A stretch of 38,512 nt of DNA from Victivallales bacterium Lenti_02 (GTDB lineage: Bacteria; Verrucomicrobiota; Lentisphaeria; Oligosphaerales; Lenti-02): the NCBI GenBank assembly GCA_001603055.1, contig LVAZ01000131.1:1-38512 (forward strand), in the 5' to 3' direction. How positions within the stretch are numbered: position 1 is the first letter of the stretch; the number at the start of each line of letters is the position of its first letter. Positions 30,968 through 38,512 of the stretch are shown piece after piece. A program made the position numbers and the translations under genes. The notes under the pieces were generated by a model that saw only the letters and a list, made by a program, of their open reading frames with translations, searched no databases and was not told the DNA's origin.

Positions 30968-33900
30968 ATGCGCAGTGTCCTTGCGGTCTTTCTCGTGCTT
31001 CTGACCAGCGTTTCCGCCGCCGAATGGCAGTTGCCGGTCTTGGGCAAAGCGCCGGCAATCGATGGCCGGATCGATCCGGCGGAATGGGCGGGGGCCCACG
31101 GTTTCGAGGGCTTCGTCCGCAGCGGCGCGGGCGGGCAGAAGGAGGCCGGCCTGCTCGAACCGCGCCGGGTGCGCGCCTGGATCGGGGGCACCAGAGACAC
31201 GCTGTTCCTCGCGATTGCCAGCCAGTTGCCCGACGAGGGCGACCTGCTGGCCGCAGTCAACCGGGATTCCCTCCGCGCCGTCCACGACGATTCGGTCGAG
31301 GTCTACATAAACCCCACGCCGGACGCGCCGGACCGGGTGGACTACCAGTTTCTGGTCAACATCCTGGGCAAGGGAGGGTACAACATCCACAAACTGGGCA
31401 ATCCGCCCGAGGACGAGGCATGGCAGGGAAACTGGCGGCAGGCGCATGGTCGCCACGACGGTTGGTGGCATGGCGAATTCGCCATCCCCATCGCCAGCAT
31501 GGGCATGGTCGCCGAAGGCCGCCAGACCACCGACGGGGTCTGGGCCATCAACGCCACCCGCAACTGGAAACCGGACTGGGGCTGGACCTCGCTGACCGGG
31601 GGCTACGCCAACAGCGGTCTGCGCCTCGCCTTCACCGAACAGCCCGCCCCCTCCGTGCAAGTCCGTTGCGAAGGGCATCCGGCCTGGACGCCGCACCGCC
31701 AGATTCTCCGCGTCCACAATCCATCGAACCAGCCGCTCGAAGTCCAGGCCGGACTCCATCTCTTCCGCAACCGCATGCCGGAACTGAAAGTGGAGGAAAA
31801 ACTGGCGCTGATGCCCGGTGAAACCCGCGAACTGGCGATTCCCATCGAAGAGAACGACCCCACCACCGTCTTCGAACTGACCGCGCGGGTGACCAGCGCC
31901 GACGGGACCGTCGTCCATTACGACCGCCAGACCAAATGGAACCGCGCCGAATCCGTCCCCCGCTGGGTGGTGGGGCAGGCCAAGGACACGCCGCCGGTCG
32001 ATGTCCAGTTCGCCTACTATCCCTCGCGCAACCGGATGCGGCTGGAGCTGGACATCAACGGCATGCCCAAGGAAGCCGTGCCCGAGCGGATCACCGCCGT
32101 CGTCCGCGAGCACTGGCAGCAGCAGGAGATCAAGACCATCGACTTCCCCCTGGCGGGTTTCGTCAACGGGCGGCAGGAGCAAATCTTCGACCTCCCTCCC
32201 CTGAATGGCCATTACGAAATCGCGGTGACGGTAACCGGTGCCAACACCCCCGAGGGGGCGGCGGTCCGGCATTTCGAGCGCACCGTCTTCCCCTGGGAGG
32301 GCAATCCGACCGGGCGGTCTACCAAAATCTATCCCCCCTTCACCCCGATCGAGGTGAAGGAACGGCAGCTCTCCACCGTTCTCCGCGAGCATACGCTCAA
32401 CGACCTGGGCCTGCTCGACCAGGTGGTCGCCACCAGCGCCAACACAGGGATTGCCAAACCGATCCTTGGTGCCCCCATGCGCTACACCGTTCAAATCGGC
32501 GGCGAGGCGGTCCCCGTCGTTCCCGAACCGCTTCAGATTGTCTCGGCCCAGGCGCACGAGACCGTGACCCAGGCCGCGTTCTCCGCCGGGGCCCTGCGGG
32601 CGTCCTCGCGGCAGACCTGGGACTACGACGGCACAGCGAGGGTCGAGCTGACCCTGCAACCCACCGGCGAAACCGAGGTGCAGGCGTTGACTCTGGAGAT
32701 TCCCTTCGCCAAGGAGAGCGCCTCTCTCATCCACGCCAACTCGGACCGCATCCGCGCTCCCGTCGCCCAGGCCGTCCCGGACGGCGAAGGCGTGGTGTGG
32801 GATGCCGCCAAGGTGGCCTGCGACGACATGATCCGCAACTTCTGCCCCTACATCTATCTCGGCAGCGCCGTCCGCGGCATTTGCTGGTTCGCGGAGAACG
32901 ATCTTGGCTGGGGTTGGGACCCCGCCACCCCCAACCTCGATGTGGTCCGTCGGGGCGACGAAGTCATCCTCCGGGTCCATCTCATCAACCAGCCCACGCG
33001 CCTCGCCGGAACTCGCACCATCACCTTCGGCCTGCTCGCCGCCCCGGTCAAACCCCCGCTGAACGCCCCGGATCAGAGCCCCCATTGGTGGCGCTACCGC
33101 TATTTCCGCGACCGCTACACCCTGCTGGGCACCGACATCAACTGGTTCGGCAACGGCAGTTGCGGGGCGGTCTACCCGGTGGGCGGCGATCTCCATCTCT
33201 GGGAGATGCTGGCCAGGAGCAACCGCGAGCAGCTCGACAGCGCGACCATCGAGGCGGTCGTCGCCTACGGGGCCAAACATTTCGCCGACCGAGGCGAGAA
33301 GGCCCTCGACAACTGGCGGCGCCACGCCCGCCACAATCTCCGCTCCCGCCACGGGCAGAGCATGGTCTTCTACTACAACCGCGCCGCCAGCCAGGAACTG
33401 CCCGAGTTCGAGACCTTCAAGGACGAATGGACCCTCACCGACCTGCGCACCGTCGGCAAGGGCCGGGGACGCGGCGAGATCAAGGTCGTGCCCAGCGATT
33501 CCTTCATCGATTTCCACCTCTACTGGTACGCCCGGTCCTTCGAGATCGGCGGCAACCGGGGGGTGTACTGGGACAACTTCTTCATCGCCCCCTCGTACAA
33601 CACCCAAATGACCGACGCCTACCGCCGCGAGGACGGCGGCATCGTGCCCGCCGCCGGCATCTGGGGCCAGCGCGAACTGGCCAAGCGCACCTTCATCATG
33701 ATGAACGAGCGCGGCATGCTGCCCATCACCTTCCCGCACATGACCAGCTTCAGCCCCCTACCCATGCTCAGCTTCGCCACCGTCCAGTACGACTGGGAAT
33801 GGAAATACAGCCTCGGCGACGTGCAGGATCGCTTCTCCCGCGAGTTCCTCCTCCTCACCGGCACCGGCGAGCTGGCCGGCGTCTGGCCCGTGCCGCTCAA

Positions 33901-34351
33901 CGACCACGGCAACCTGGAGCGCGATCCCTGGACCCAGCGCACCTTCAGCGCCGTGCGCATCCTGCACGAACTCGACGGCCACGGCGGCTGGGGCGCGGGC
34001 TGGATTCCCGCCCAGGCCGAGAACCGCAAGGCCCTGGCCGAACCCATTCTGGCCATGCTCGACCAGCCCGGACTGGTGGTCTACAAATACTGGGAGGACC
34101 GCCCCCAGCCCGTCACCACCGACCACCCCGACCTGCCGACCATCGTCTACGCCGTGCCGGGCCAGGAGGCTCTGGTCGCCTTCGTCAGCTACTCCCGCGA
34201 GGATGTGGTCGCGACCGTGAGCGTGGACCTCGGCCTGGGCGCGGGGGCCAAGGCCACGGACCTCGAAAGCGGCGAGAATTTCGCGCTGGACGGCGGCACC
34301 TTCTCCCTGCCGGTCAAAAAACACGACATCCGCCTGCTGCGGTTCAAGTGA
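30968..34351 (+). CDS. very large secreted protein: N-terminal CBM9-like domain plus a glycoside-hydrolase-like (DUF6067/GH123-like) region
   Basis: 1127 aa. ATG 30968 is 7 nt after AGGAG. The signal peptide is 'MRSVLAVFLVLLTSVSAAEW'. 'APAIDGRIDPAEW' and 'DDSVEVYINP' resemble CBM9/DOMON-like modules. The assignment of the rest of the protein is tentative. Confidence 0.6.
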   Translation: MRSVLAVFLVLLTSVSAAEWQLPVLGKAPAIDGRIDPAEWAGAHGFEGFVRSGAGGQKEAGLLEPRRVRAWIGGTRDTLFLAIASQLPDEGDLLAAVNRDSLRAVHDDSVEVYINPTPDAPDRVDYQFLVNILGKGGYNIHKLGNPPEDEAWQGNWRQAHGRHDGWWHGEFAIPIASMGMVAEGRQTTDGVWAINATRNWKPDWGWTSLTGGYANSGLRLAFTEQPAPSVQVRCEGHPAWTPHRQILRVHNPSNQPLEVQAGLHLFRNRMPELKVEEKLALMPGETRELAIPIEENDPTTVFELTARVTSADGTVVHYDRQTKWNRAESVPRWVVGQAKDTPPVDVQFAYYPSRNRMRLELDINGMPKEAVPERITAVVREHWQQQEIKTIDFPLAGFVNGRQEQIFDLPPLNGHYEIAVTVTGANTPEGAAVRHFERTVFPWEGNPTGRSTKIYPPFTPIEVKERQLSTVLREHTLNDLGLLDQVVATSANTGIAKPILGAPMRYTVQIGGEAVPVVPEPLQIVSAQAHETVTQAAFSAGALRASSRQTWDYDGTARVELTLQPTGETEVQALTLEIPFAKESASLIHANSDRIRAPVAQAVPDGEGVVWDAAKVACDDMIRNFCPYIYLGSAVRGICWFAENDLGWGWDPATPNLDVVRRGDEVILRVHLINQPTRLAGTRTITFGLLAAPVKPPLNAPDQSPHWWRYRYFRDRYTLLGTDINWFGNGSCGAVYPVGGDLHLWEMLARSNREQLDSATIEAVVAYGAKHFADRGEKALDNWRRHARHNLRSRHGQSMVFYYNRAASQELPEFETFKDEWTLTDLRTVGKGRGRGEIKVVPSDSFIDFHLYWYARSFEIGGNRGVYWDNFFIAPSYNTQMTDAYRREDGGIVPAAGIWGQRELAKRTFIMMNERGMLPITFPHMTSFSPLPMLSFATVQYDWEWKYSLGDVQDRFSREFLLLTGTGELAGVWPVPLNDHGNLERDPWTQRTFSAVRILHELDGHGGWGAGWIPAQAENRKALAEPILAMLDQPGLVVYKYWEDRPQPVTTDHPDLPTIVYAVPGQEALVAFVSYSREDVVATVSVDLGLGAGAKATDLESGENFALDGGTFSLPVKKHDIRLLRFK

Positions 34352-34368
34352 ACGGGGGGACGCCCGCC

Positions 34369-35160
34369 ATGCCCGCCAGATTGCCTTTCTTGCTGTGCTG
34401 CCTGCCCTTTCTGCTGTTCGCCGGGACGGTGGACGAGGGTCTGCTCCTCCTGCCGCCTGCCTGGGACAGCCGGGTGGTCTTCTACCACACCTTCGAGAAC
34501 GGTCCGGACCAGCCCCGGATCAACCTCGCCGAAGCCCGGATCGAGACGGACGGGGCCGAATGGGCCGACGGGTTCAGCGGCAAGGGGCTGGCGGCCCGGA
34601 AGATCGAGCGTCGCACCGGTCCCACCCTGCGCCTGGTCAGCCCCGCCTTTTCGGTCCACCGCCCGTTCACCGTCATGTTCTGGTGGCGGCTCGACGAGCC
34701 GATGGCCGAAACCAGCAACTTCGCCCTCCTGAAGATCGGCAACCACCAGGGGCGGCATGGCGGCTACATCGCCAACTTCGTGCGGGGCAAGGGGGAATGG
34801 TGCGCCCTCAAGGAACCCACCTATGTTTCCCAGCTCTACAACTTCCCCGGCCTGACCAACCGCAACATGCCCTGGGGCGGGCGGGTCTGGGCCGAACCAG
34901 GCGAATGGCGCCACACGGCCATGACCATCAGCGGTGCCCGCCAGGTCGACATCCATTGGGACGGACGGCAGCGCGAATCCTTCCAGGCCAAGGGCAGGCT
35001 CTTCGCCGAAGGCGACACCAACGCCCTCTCCCTCGGCCCCGACTGGCTGTTCCATCCCATGACCATCGACGAGGTCATCGTTCTCGACCGCGCGCTTGCC
35101 GCCGACGAGATCGCCGCCTACGTCCGCGCCGCCCGGGCCCTCCGTGCCATCGGCCGCTGA
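34369..35160 (+). CDS. secreted LamG / concanavalin A-like lectin domain protein
   Basis: I placed the start at ATG 34369, giving the leader 'MPARLPFLLCCLPFLLFAG'. The terminal 'IDEVIVLDRALAADEI' matches the typical Laminin_G_3 ending 'DEVRIYNRALS..EI'. It is only the last 263 codons of track ORF 31936-35160. Confidence 0.7.
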   Translation: MPARLPFLLCCLPFLLFAGTVDEGLLLLPPAWDSRVVFYHTFENGPDQPRINLAEARIETDGAEWADGFSGKGLAARKIERRTGPTLRLVSPAFSVHRPFTVMFWWRLDEPMAETSNFALLKIGNHQGRHGGYIANFVRGKGEWCALKEPTYVSQLYNFPGLTNRNMPWGGRVWAEPGEWRHTAMTISGARQVDIHWDGRQRESFQAKGRLFAEGDTNALSLGPDWLFHPMTIDEVIVLDRALAADEIAAYVRAARALRAIGR

Positions 35161-35162
35161 GG

Positions 35163-35972
35163 CTATTCGTCTTTGCCGAGATGCTCCGGGGGCTCGACGG
35201 TGATCCGGATGTCGTCGAAGCGGGCCGCGCAATCCACCGTGGGGCCCCAGTCGGGGGAGTTGCCGCCGTGGAAGGTGGAGAAGTAGAACGAGTCGATCCG
35301 GCCGCGGTCGCCGAGGCGGAAGCGCATCTCATGGCTTCCATAGACCTTTTTGCCGTCGAACCAGACCTCGAGAATCCCGTCCTTGCGGTCGCCGGTGTTG
35401 AGCCGGGTGCGCTGGGTCAGTTGGTGCCAGACTCCGGGCTGGAAGGTGAGCCCTTCGAGGCGCAGACCCTGCCCCCATTTCCCCGGCATGTCCACCGAGT
35501 AGAAATACACCGTGCCCCGGCCTTCCCGGCCCCACATGTAGCGCGTGCTCCAGCCCTGCCCTTCGGTCGGGCGGCGCCCGCCGGTGAAGGTGCCTCCCCC
35601 GCTGGTCAGCCCCGGCAGTTTGCCGCCCAGCCTGAAGTCGAACCCTTCCTCGAACTTGAGCCGGTAGCTGAGGTAGTACTCGTCGGCGGGCGGCAGGTCG
35701 GCCAGAAACTGCATGCCGTTCTCGCCGGGGCCGACCCCGCCCTTGGGATACAGCACCCGCAGCACCTTGCCCCGCTCCTCGTCCTCGACGACGAACGTCC
35801 GCCCGCTGGGCGACGCCCATTTCGGACTCTGCCACAAACCCATCAGCGCCTCGCGGGTGACCGGACCGAGGGGGAGACCCTGGAAATCCACCCGCACCAC
35901 CGGCTCGGCCGAGCCAGCCAGAGTCGCCGCCAGCACCGTGCCCGCGGCCAGTTGGACAATCATGCGCTTCAT
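35163..35972 (-). CDS. secreted polysaccharide lyase, PL14-like (Pfam Polysacc_lyase)
   Basis: The signal peptide is 'MKRMIVQLAAGTVLAATLAGSA'. 'GGKLPGLTSGGG', 'GWSTRYMWGREG.G.VYFY' and 'FSTFHGGNS' resemble PL14 / heparin-lyase-I-like proteins. Confidence 0.7.
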   Translation of the reverse strand: MKRMIVQLAAGTVLAATLAGSAEPVVRVDFQGLPLGPVTREALMGLWQSPKWASPSGRTFVVEDEERGKVLRVLYPKGGVGPGENGMQFLADLPPADEYYLSYRLKFEEGFDFRLGGKLPGLTSGGGTFTGGRRPTEGQGWSTRYMWGREGRGTVYFYSVDMPGKWGQGLRLEGLTFQPGVWHQLTQRTRLNTGDRKDGILEVWFDGKKVYGSHEMRFRLGDRGRIDSFYFSTFHGGNSPDWGPTVDCAARFDDIRITVEPPEHLGKDE

Positions 35973-36169
35973 ATTTCTACCTAGCGAACGTGGTTGAGAG
36001 CGAAAATATTACCCGTCGTGTCGGAGAATCCACCTGCCCGTGGAAGGAAACGAAAGAAGGAGCGGAACAATTTTTTTCAACCATCTCCACCCCAGCATAA
36101 TAAACATTAGTTTCAGGGACTTTCACCCCCCTTGTCGGATACAGTTTTTCGCAGAATGCAAATATTTTT

Positions 36170-36197
36170 TTGACTGCGGGAAAATTCGCGATATTTT
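36170..36197 (+). promoter_or_regulatory. candidate sigma70-type promoter for the LacI-family gene
   Basis: TTGACT (36170-36175), a 16-nt spacer and TATTTT (36192-36197) lie inside an AT-rich divergent region. The pseudo-palindrome GAAAATTCGCGATATTTTC (36180-36198) overlaps the -10. Confidence 0.35.
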
Positions 36198-36268
36198 CAA
36201 GACAAGGACTTGCAGAGATGTTACCCACCCTTCTCGAAACTCCAGGGAAATCCCAACAGCGGGGAGCG

Positions 36269-37309
36269 ATGATCAAGCGGGCCTCGATTACCGATGTTGC
36301 GAAGCGCGCCGGGGTGTCGATTTCCACCGTGTCCCTGGTGATGAACAACCGCCCGAACGTGTCCCCGGAGACGGCCAAGGTCGTGCGCGACTCGGCCCGC
36401 GAGCTGGGCTACCAGCCCGGCGGGGGGCCCGGCAAGAAACGCGGCCCCAAGCCCGGCCCCCGGCACACCGTGCTGTCCCGGCAGATCGGGGTGGTGCTCA
36501 GCGGGTTTCCGGACGCCATCCTGCGCGACGGGGTCTGCACGGCCCTGGTCCAGGGGATCGTCGGCATCTGCAACATCCAAGGCTTCCAGGCGGTGCCGAT
36601 CATCGCGCCCGATCCCGAGCAGGTCCGCGCCCTCATCCGGCATTCGCGCTTCGACGGCCTGCTGGTGATCGGCCAGCCGGAATGCGGGCGGCTGGACGAG
36701 TTGTTCAGCCGCATCCCCAGTGTGCAGATTCTCGGCATTCCCCCGGGGGAGCAAGGCTGGGACCATGTGGGTTTCGACGGGCTTGAAATAGCCCGCCGCG
36801 TCTGCCAGAACCTGGCCGATTCCGGCTGCCGGACCTGCTGGTATCTGGGCCTGGGGCGATTCGCCTACAACGAACTCGCGACCTGCTTCGAAGTGGAAAG
36901 CCACCAGTTCGGGCTGGCCTTCCGCAACCTCGCCCGCCGCGAGTTTTTCGTGGTGGGGCCGGCCGGGCCGCTGCTGGCCTGCGACGTGCTGGCCGAATCC
37001 CTCTGCTCCCTGCTCGACGATCCCGGCCCGGGGCCGGTCGGCATCTTCGCGGAAAACGCCGCCCTGGCCCTGGCCTTCGAGTCCCAGTTGGACCATTTCC
37101 TGGGCAGCGGGAAGTCGCCGGTCCAGGCGGTCATTGCCGATTCCGCGCCCTGCTGCCTGCGCGGGCTACCCCGTTTCCATGGCTACGTGGACATGCATGT
37201 GGGCGACATGGCCCGCCAGGGCGTGGAGCAGTTGATCTGGCGCATGAACCACCGCAACGAGCCCCGGGTCCGGCGCCTGGTCCCGGTGGGGGTCAGCTCC
37301 TATCATTGA
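36269..37309 (+). CDS. LacI family transcriptional regulator
   Basis: The N-terminal HTH is 'ITDVAKRAGVSISTVSLVMNNRPNVSPETAKVVRDSARELGYQP', followed by a periplasmic-binding-protein-like sugar-binding region. ATG 36269 follows GGGGAG. Confidence 0.88.
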   Translation: MIKRASITDVAKRAGVSISTVSLVMNNRPNVSPETAKVVRDSARELGYQPGGGPGKKRGPKPGPRHTVLSRQIGVVLSGFPDAILRDGVCTALVQGIVGICNIQGFQAVPIIAPDPEQVRALIRHSRFDGLLVIGQPECGRLDELFSRIPSVQILGIPPGEQGWDHVGFDGLEIARRVCQNLADSGCRTCWYLGLGRFAYNELATCFEVESHQFGLAFRNLARREFFVVGPAGPLLACDVLAESLCSLLDDPGPGPVGIFAENAALALAFESQLDHFLGSGKSPVQAVIADSAPCCLRGLPRFHGYVDMHVGDMARQGVEQLIWRMNHRNEPRVRRLVPVGVSSYH

Positions 37310-37441
37310 AAATTGCCGGGCGCGTGAAACCCGGAGACCGGAACCCGGTCAATGTCCATGTTGTAGACTTGCCTCGGCTTGACCCGGGGCACCTCCTCCT
37401 TTTCTCCCCCTTTTCCCCTGTTCAACGTGAAGGAAACGACG

Positions 37442-38014
37442 ATGGAACTACAAGGCTCCCGTACGCAGGTGAACCTGATGGCCGCGTTCGCCGGCGAGTC
37501 CCAGGCCCGCAACCGCTACAGCTACTACGCCGCCGCCGCCCGCAAGGAAGGCTTCGTGCAGATCGCCGACATCTTCGAGGAGACGGCAAACCAGGAGAAG
37601 GAACACGCCAAACGCCTGTTCAAGTTCATGACCGGCGGCGAAGCCCAGATCACCGGCTCCTTCCCCTTCGGCGTGATCGGCAGCACCATCGACAACCTCA
37701 AGGCGTCCGCCGCCGGCGAGAACCACGAATACACCTGCATGTATCCCGAGTTCGCCGTCATCGCCGACGAGGAGGGCTTCGGGATCATCGCCAAGACCTT
37801 CCGCGCCATCGCCGTCGCCGAGGAGTACCACGAGCGCCGCTATCTCGCCATGGCCAACTCCATCGCCCTGGGCAAGGTCTTCAAGAAGGACCAGCCCGTG
37901 GTCTGGCGCTGCCGCAACTGCGGCTACCTCCACACCGGCACCGAAGCCCCCGCCGTCTGCGCGGCCTGCGCCCATCCCCAGGCCCATTTCGAGAGCATGG
38001 CCGAAAACTGGTAG
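37442..38014 (+). CDS. rbr: rubrerythrin
   Basis: Diiron four-helix motifs are present ('[12 protein letters not shown]', 'EEKEHA', 'GENHEY', 'AEEYHERRY'). The C-terminal rubredoxin-like 'CRNCG...CAAC' is also present. Confidence 0.95.
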   Translation: MELQGSRTQVNLMAAFAGESQARNRYSYYAAAARKEGFVQIADIFEETANQEKEHAKRLFKFMTGGEAQITGSFPFGVIGSTIDNLKASAAGENHEYTCMYPEFAVIADEEGFGIIAKTFRAIAVAEEYHERRYLAMANSIALGKVFKKDQPVVWRCRNCGYLHTGTEAPAVCAACAHPQAHFESMAENW

Positions 38015-38081
38015 TAGTCCCCTTCGTCCCGCCGCCCCGACCGGGTGGCGGGAACCCCAATTCCCCCATAGGAGGTCCGCG

Positions 38082-38465
38082 ATGTCCAAGAAACATGAGA
38101 TTTACCACTGTCCCCTCTGCGGCGCCCTGGTCGAAGTGATCGGCGGCGGCGCGGGCCAGCTCGTCTGCTGCGACGAGCCCATGAAGCTGCTCGACGAGAA
38201 GACCGCCGACGCGAAGACCGAGAAGCACGTCCCCGTCATCGAGAAGATCGAGGGCGGCGTCAAGGTCAAGGTCGGTTCCATCCCCCATCCCATGGTGGAC
38301 GACCACTACATCCAGTGGATCGAGCTGGTGGTCGACGGCAAGACCATCCGCCAGGAGCTGAAGCCCGGCATGGCCCCCGAAGCCTGCTTCTGCCTCTGCT
38401 GCTGCGACGACGCCAAGATCACCGCCCGCGAGTACTGCAACAAACACGGTCTCTGGAAGGCCTAA
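38082..38465 (+). CDS. dfx: desulfoferrodoxin (2Fe superoxide reductase)
   Basis: The N-terminal desulforedoxin-like '[12 protein letters not shown]...CC' is followed by the centre II ligand context 'KHVPVI', 'HPM', 'HYIQWIEL' and '[10 protein letters not shown]'. GGAGG lies 6 nt upstream. Confidence 0.95.
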   Translation: MSKKHEIYHCPLCGALVEVIGGGAGQLVCCDEPMKLLDEKTADAKTEKHVPVIEKIEGGVKVKVGSIPHPMVDDHYIQWIELVVDGKTIRQELKPGMAPEACFCLCCCDDAKITAREYCNKHGLWKA

Positions 38466-38482
38466 ACCGGAGGGGCTGGATC

Positions 38483-38512
38483 ATGCCCGAGAAACACATC
38501 ATCGTCGGCATC
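38483..38512 (+). CDS. 5' end of an unidentified gene (10 codons, MPEKHIIVGI...), truncated by the window edge
   Basis: The ATG follows GGAGGGG. The hydrophobic 'HIIVGI' could begin a dinucleotide-binding fold, but there is too little sequence to call it. Confidence 0.3.
   Translation, partial: MPEKHIIVGI

Noticed and set aside
30746-33739. 997-aa antisense ORF, and the 5' 811 codons of ORF 31936-35160
   Set aside because: Both overlap the well-supported 1127-aa secreted-protein gene in other frames. Their sequences are low-complexity and R/P/G-rich. Only the last 263 codons of 31936-35160 (from ATG 34369, with a signal peptide and a LamG ending) look real.
37310-37441. PerR/Fur/Rex-type operator upstream of rubrerythrin
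   Set aside because: No AT-rich 7-1-7 palindrome or TTGTGA-N-TCACAA-like sequence is present. There are only short CCCGG-type repeats, which I cannot tie to a known regulator.

Overview
This is a GC-rich bacterial chromosomal segment (exact GC not computed) with about 37 protein-coding genes. I recognise no rRNA, tRNA or CRISPR. The gene content suggests an anaerobic member of the PVC superphylum. That is an inference from two H-X9-DG prepilin-like genes, a Cys-type sulfatase, many secreted glycan-active proteins, rubrerythrin plus desulfoferrodoxin, and an FNT channel.

Content:
(i) A dispersed gene set for uronate or sulfated-polysaccharide utilisation: uxaC, a cytoplasmic DUF4962/heparinase II/III-like lyase, a PL14-like lyase, a sulfatase, a BNR propeller, several large secreted TIM-barrel/CBM9/LamG-like proteins, Gfo/Idh/MocA and Zn-ADH oxidoreductases, glycerate kinase, an MFS transporter and a LacI regulator.
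(ii) Housekeeping genes queA and smpB.
(iii) Oxygen-stress genes rbr and dfx.
(iv) One intact ISL3-family IS, next to a compositionally atypical orphan gene.

I cannot name a single clearly novel multi-gene system. The most unusual signals are at DNA level:
- An 18-unit heptanucleotide array is bracketed by a 36-bp duplication of a gene's start region.
- A tandemly duplicated 112-bp unit carries long palindromes built from 10-bp sub-repeats and includes a pseudo 3' end of queA.
- A third locus has 7-mer and 9-mer arrays that share an AATGGA/ATGGAC core.
- A roughly 32-bp motif is shared upstream of two secreted-protein genes.

At gene level, the best candidates for undescribed biology are:
- tandem pseudopilin-like genes lacking the canonical -1 Gly, sitting behind a polysaccharide-lyase operon;
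- a sulfatase / GT-C / secreted-hydrolase operon;
- several very large uncharacterised secreted proteins.

Many very long ORFs in the supplied track are antisense or off-frame shadows typical of GC-rich DNA, and I rejected them.
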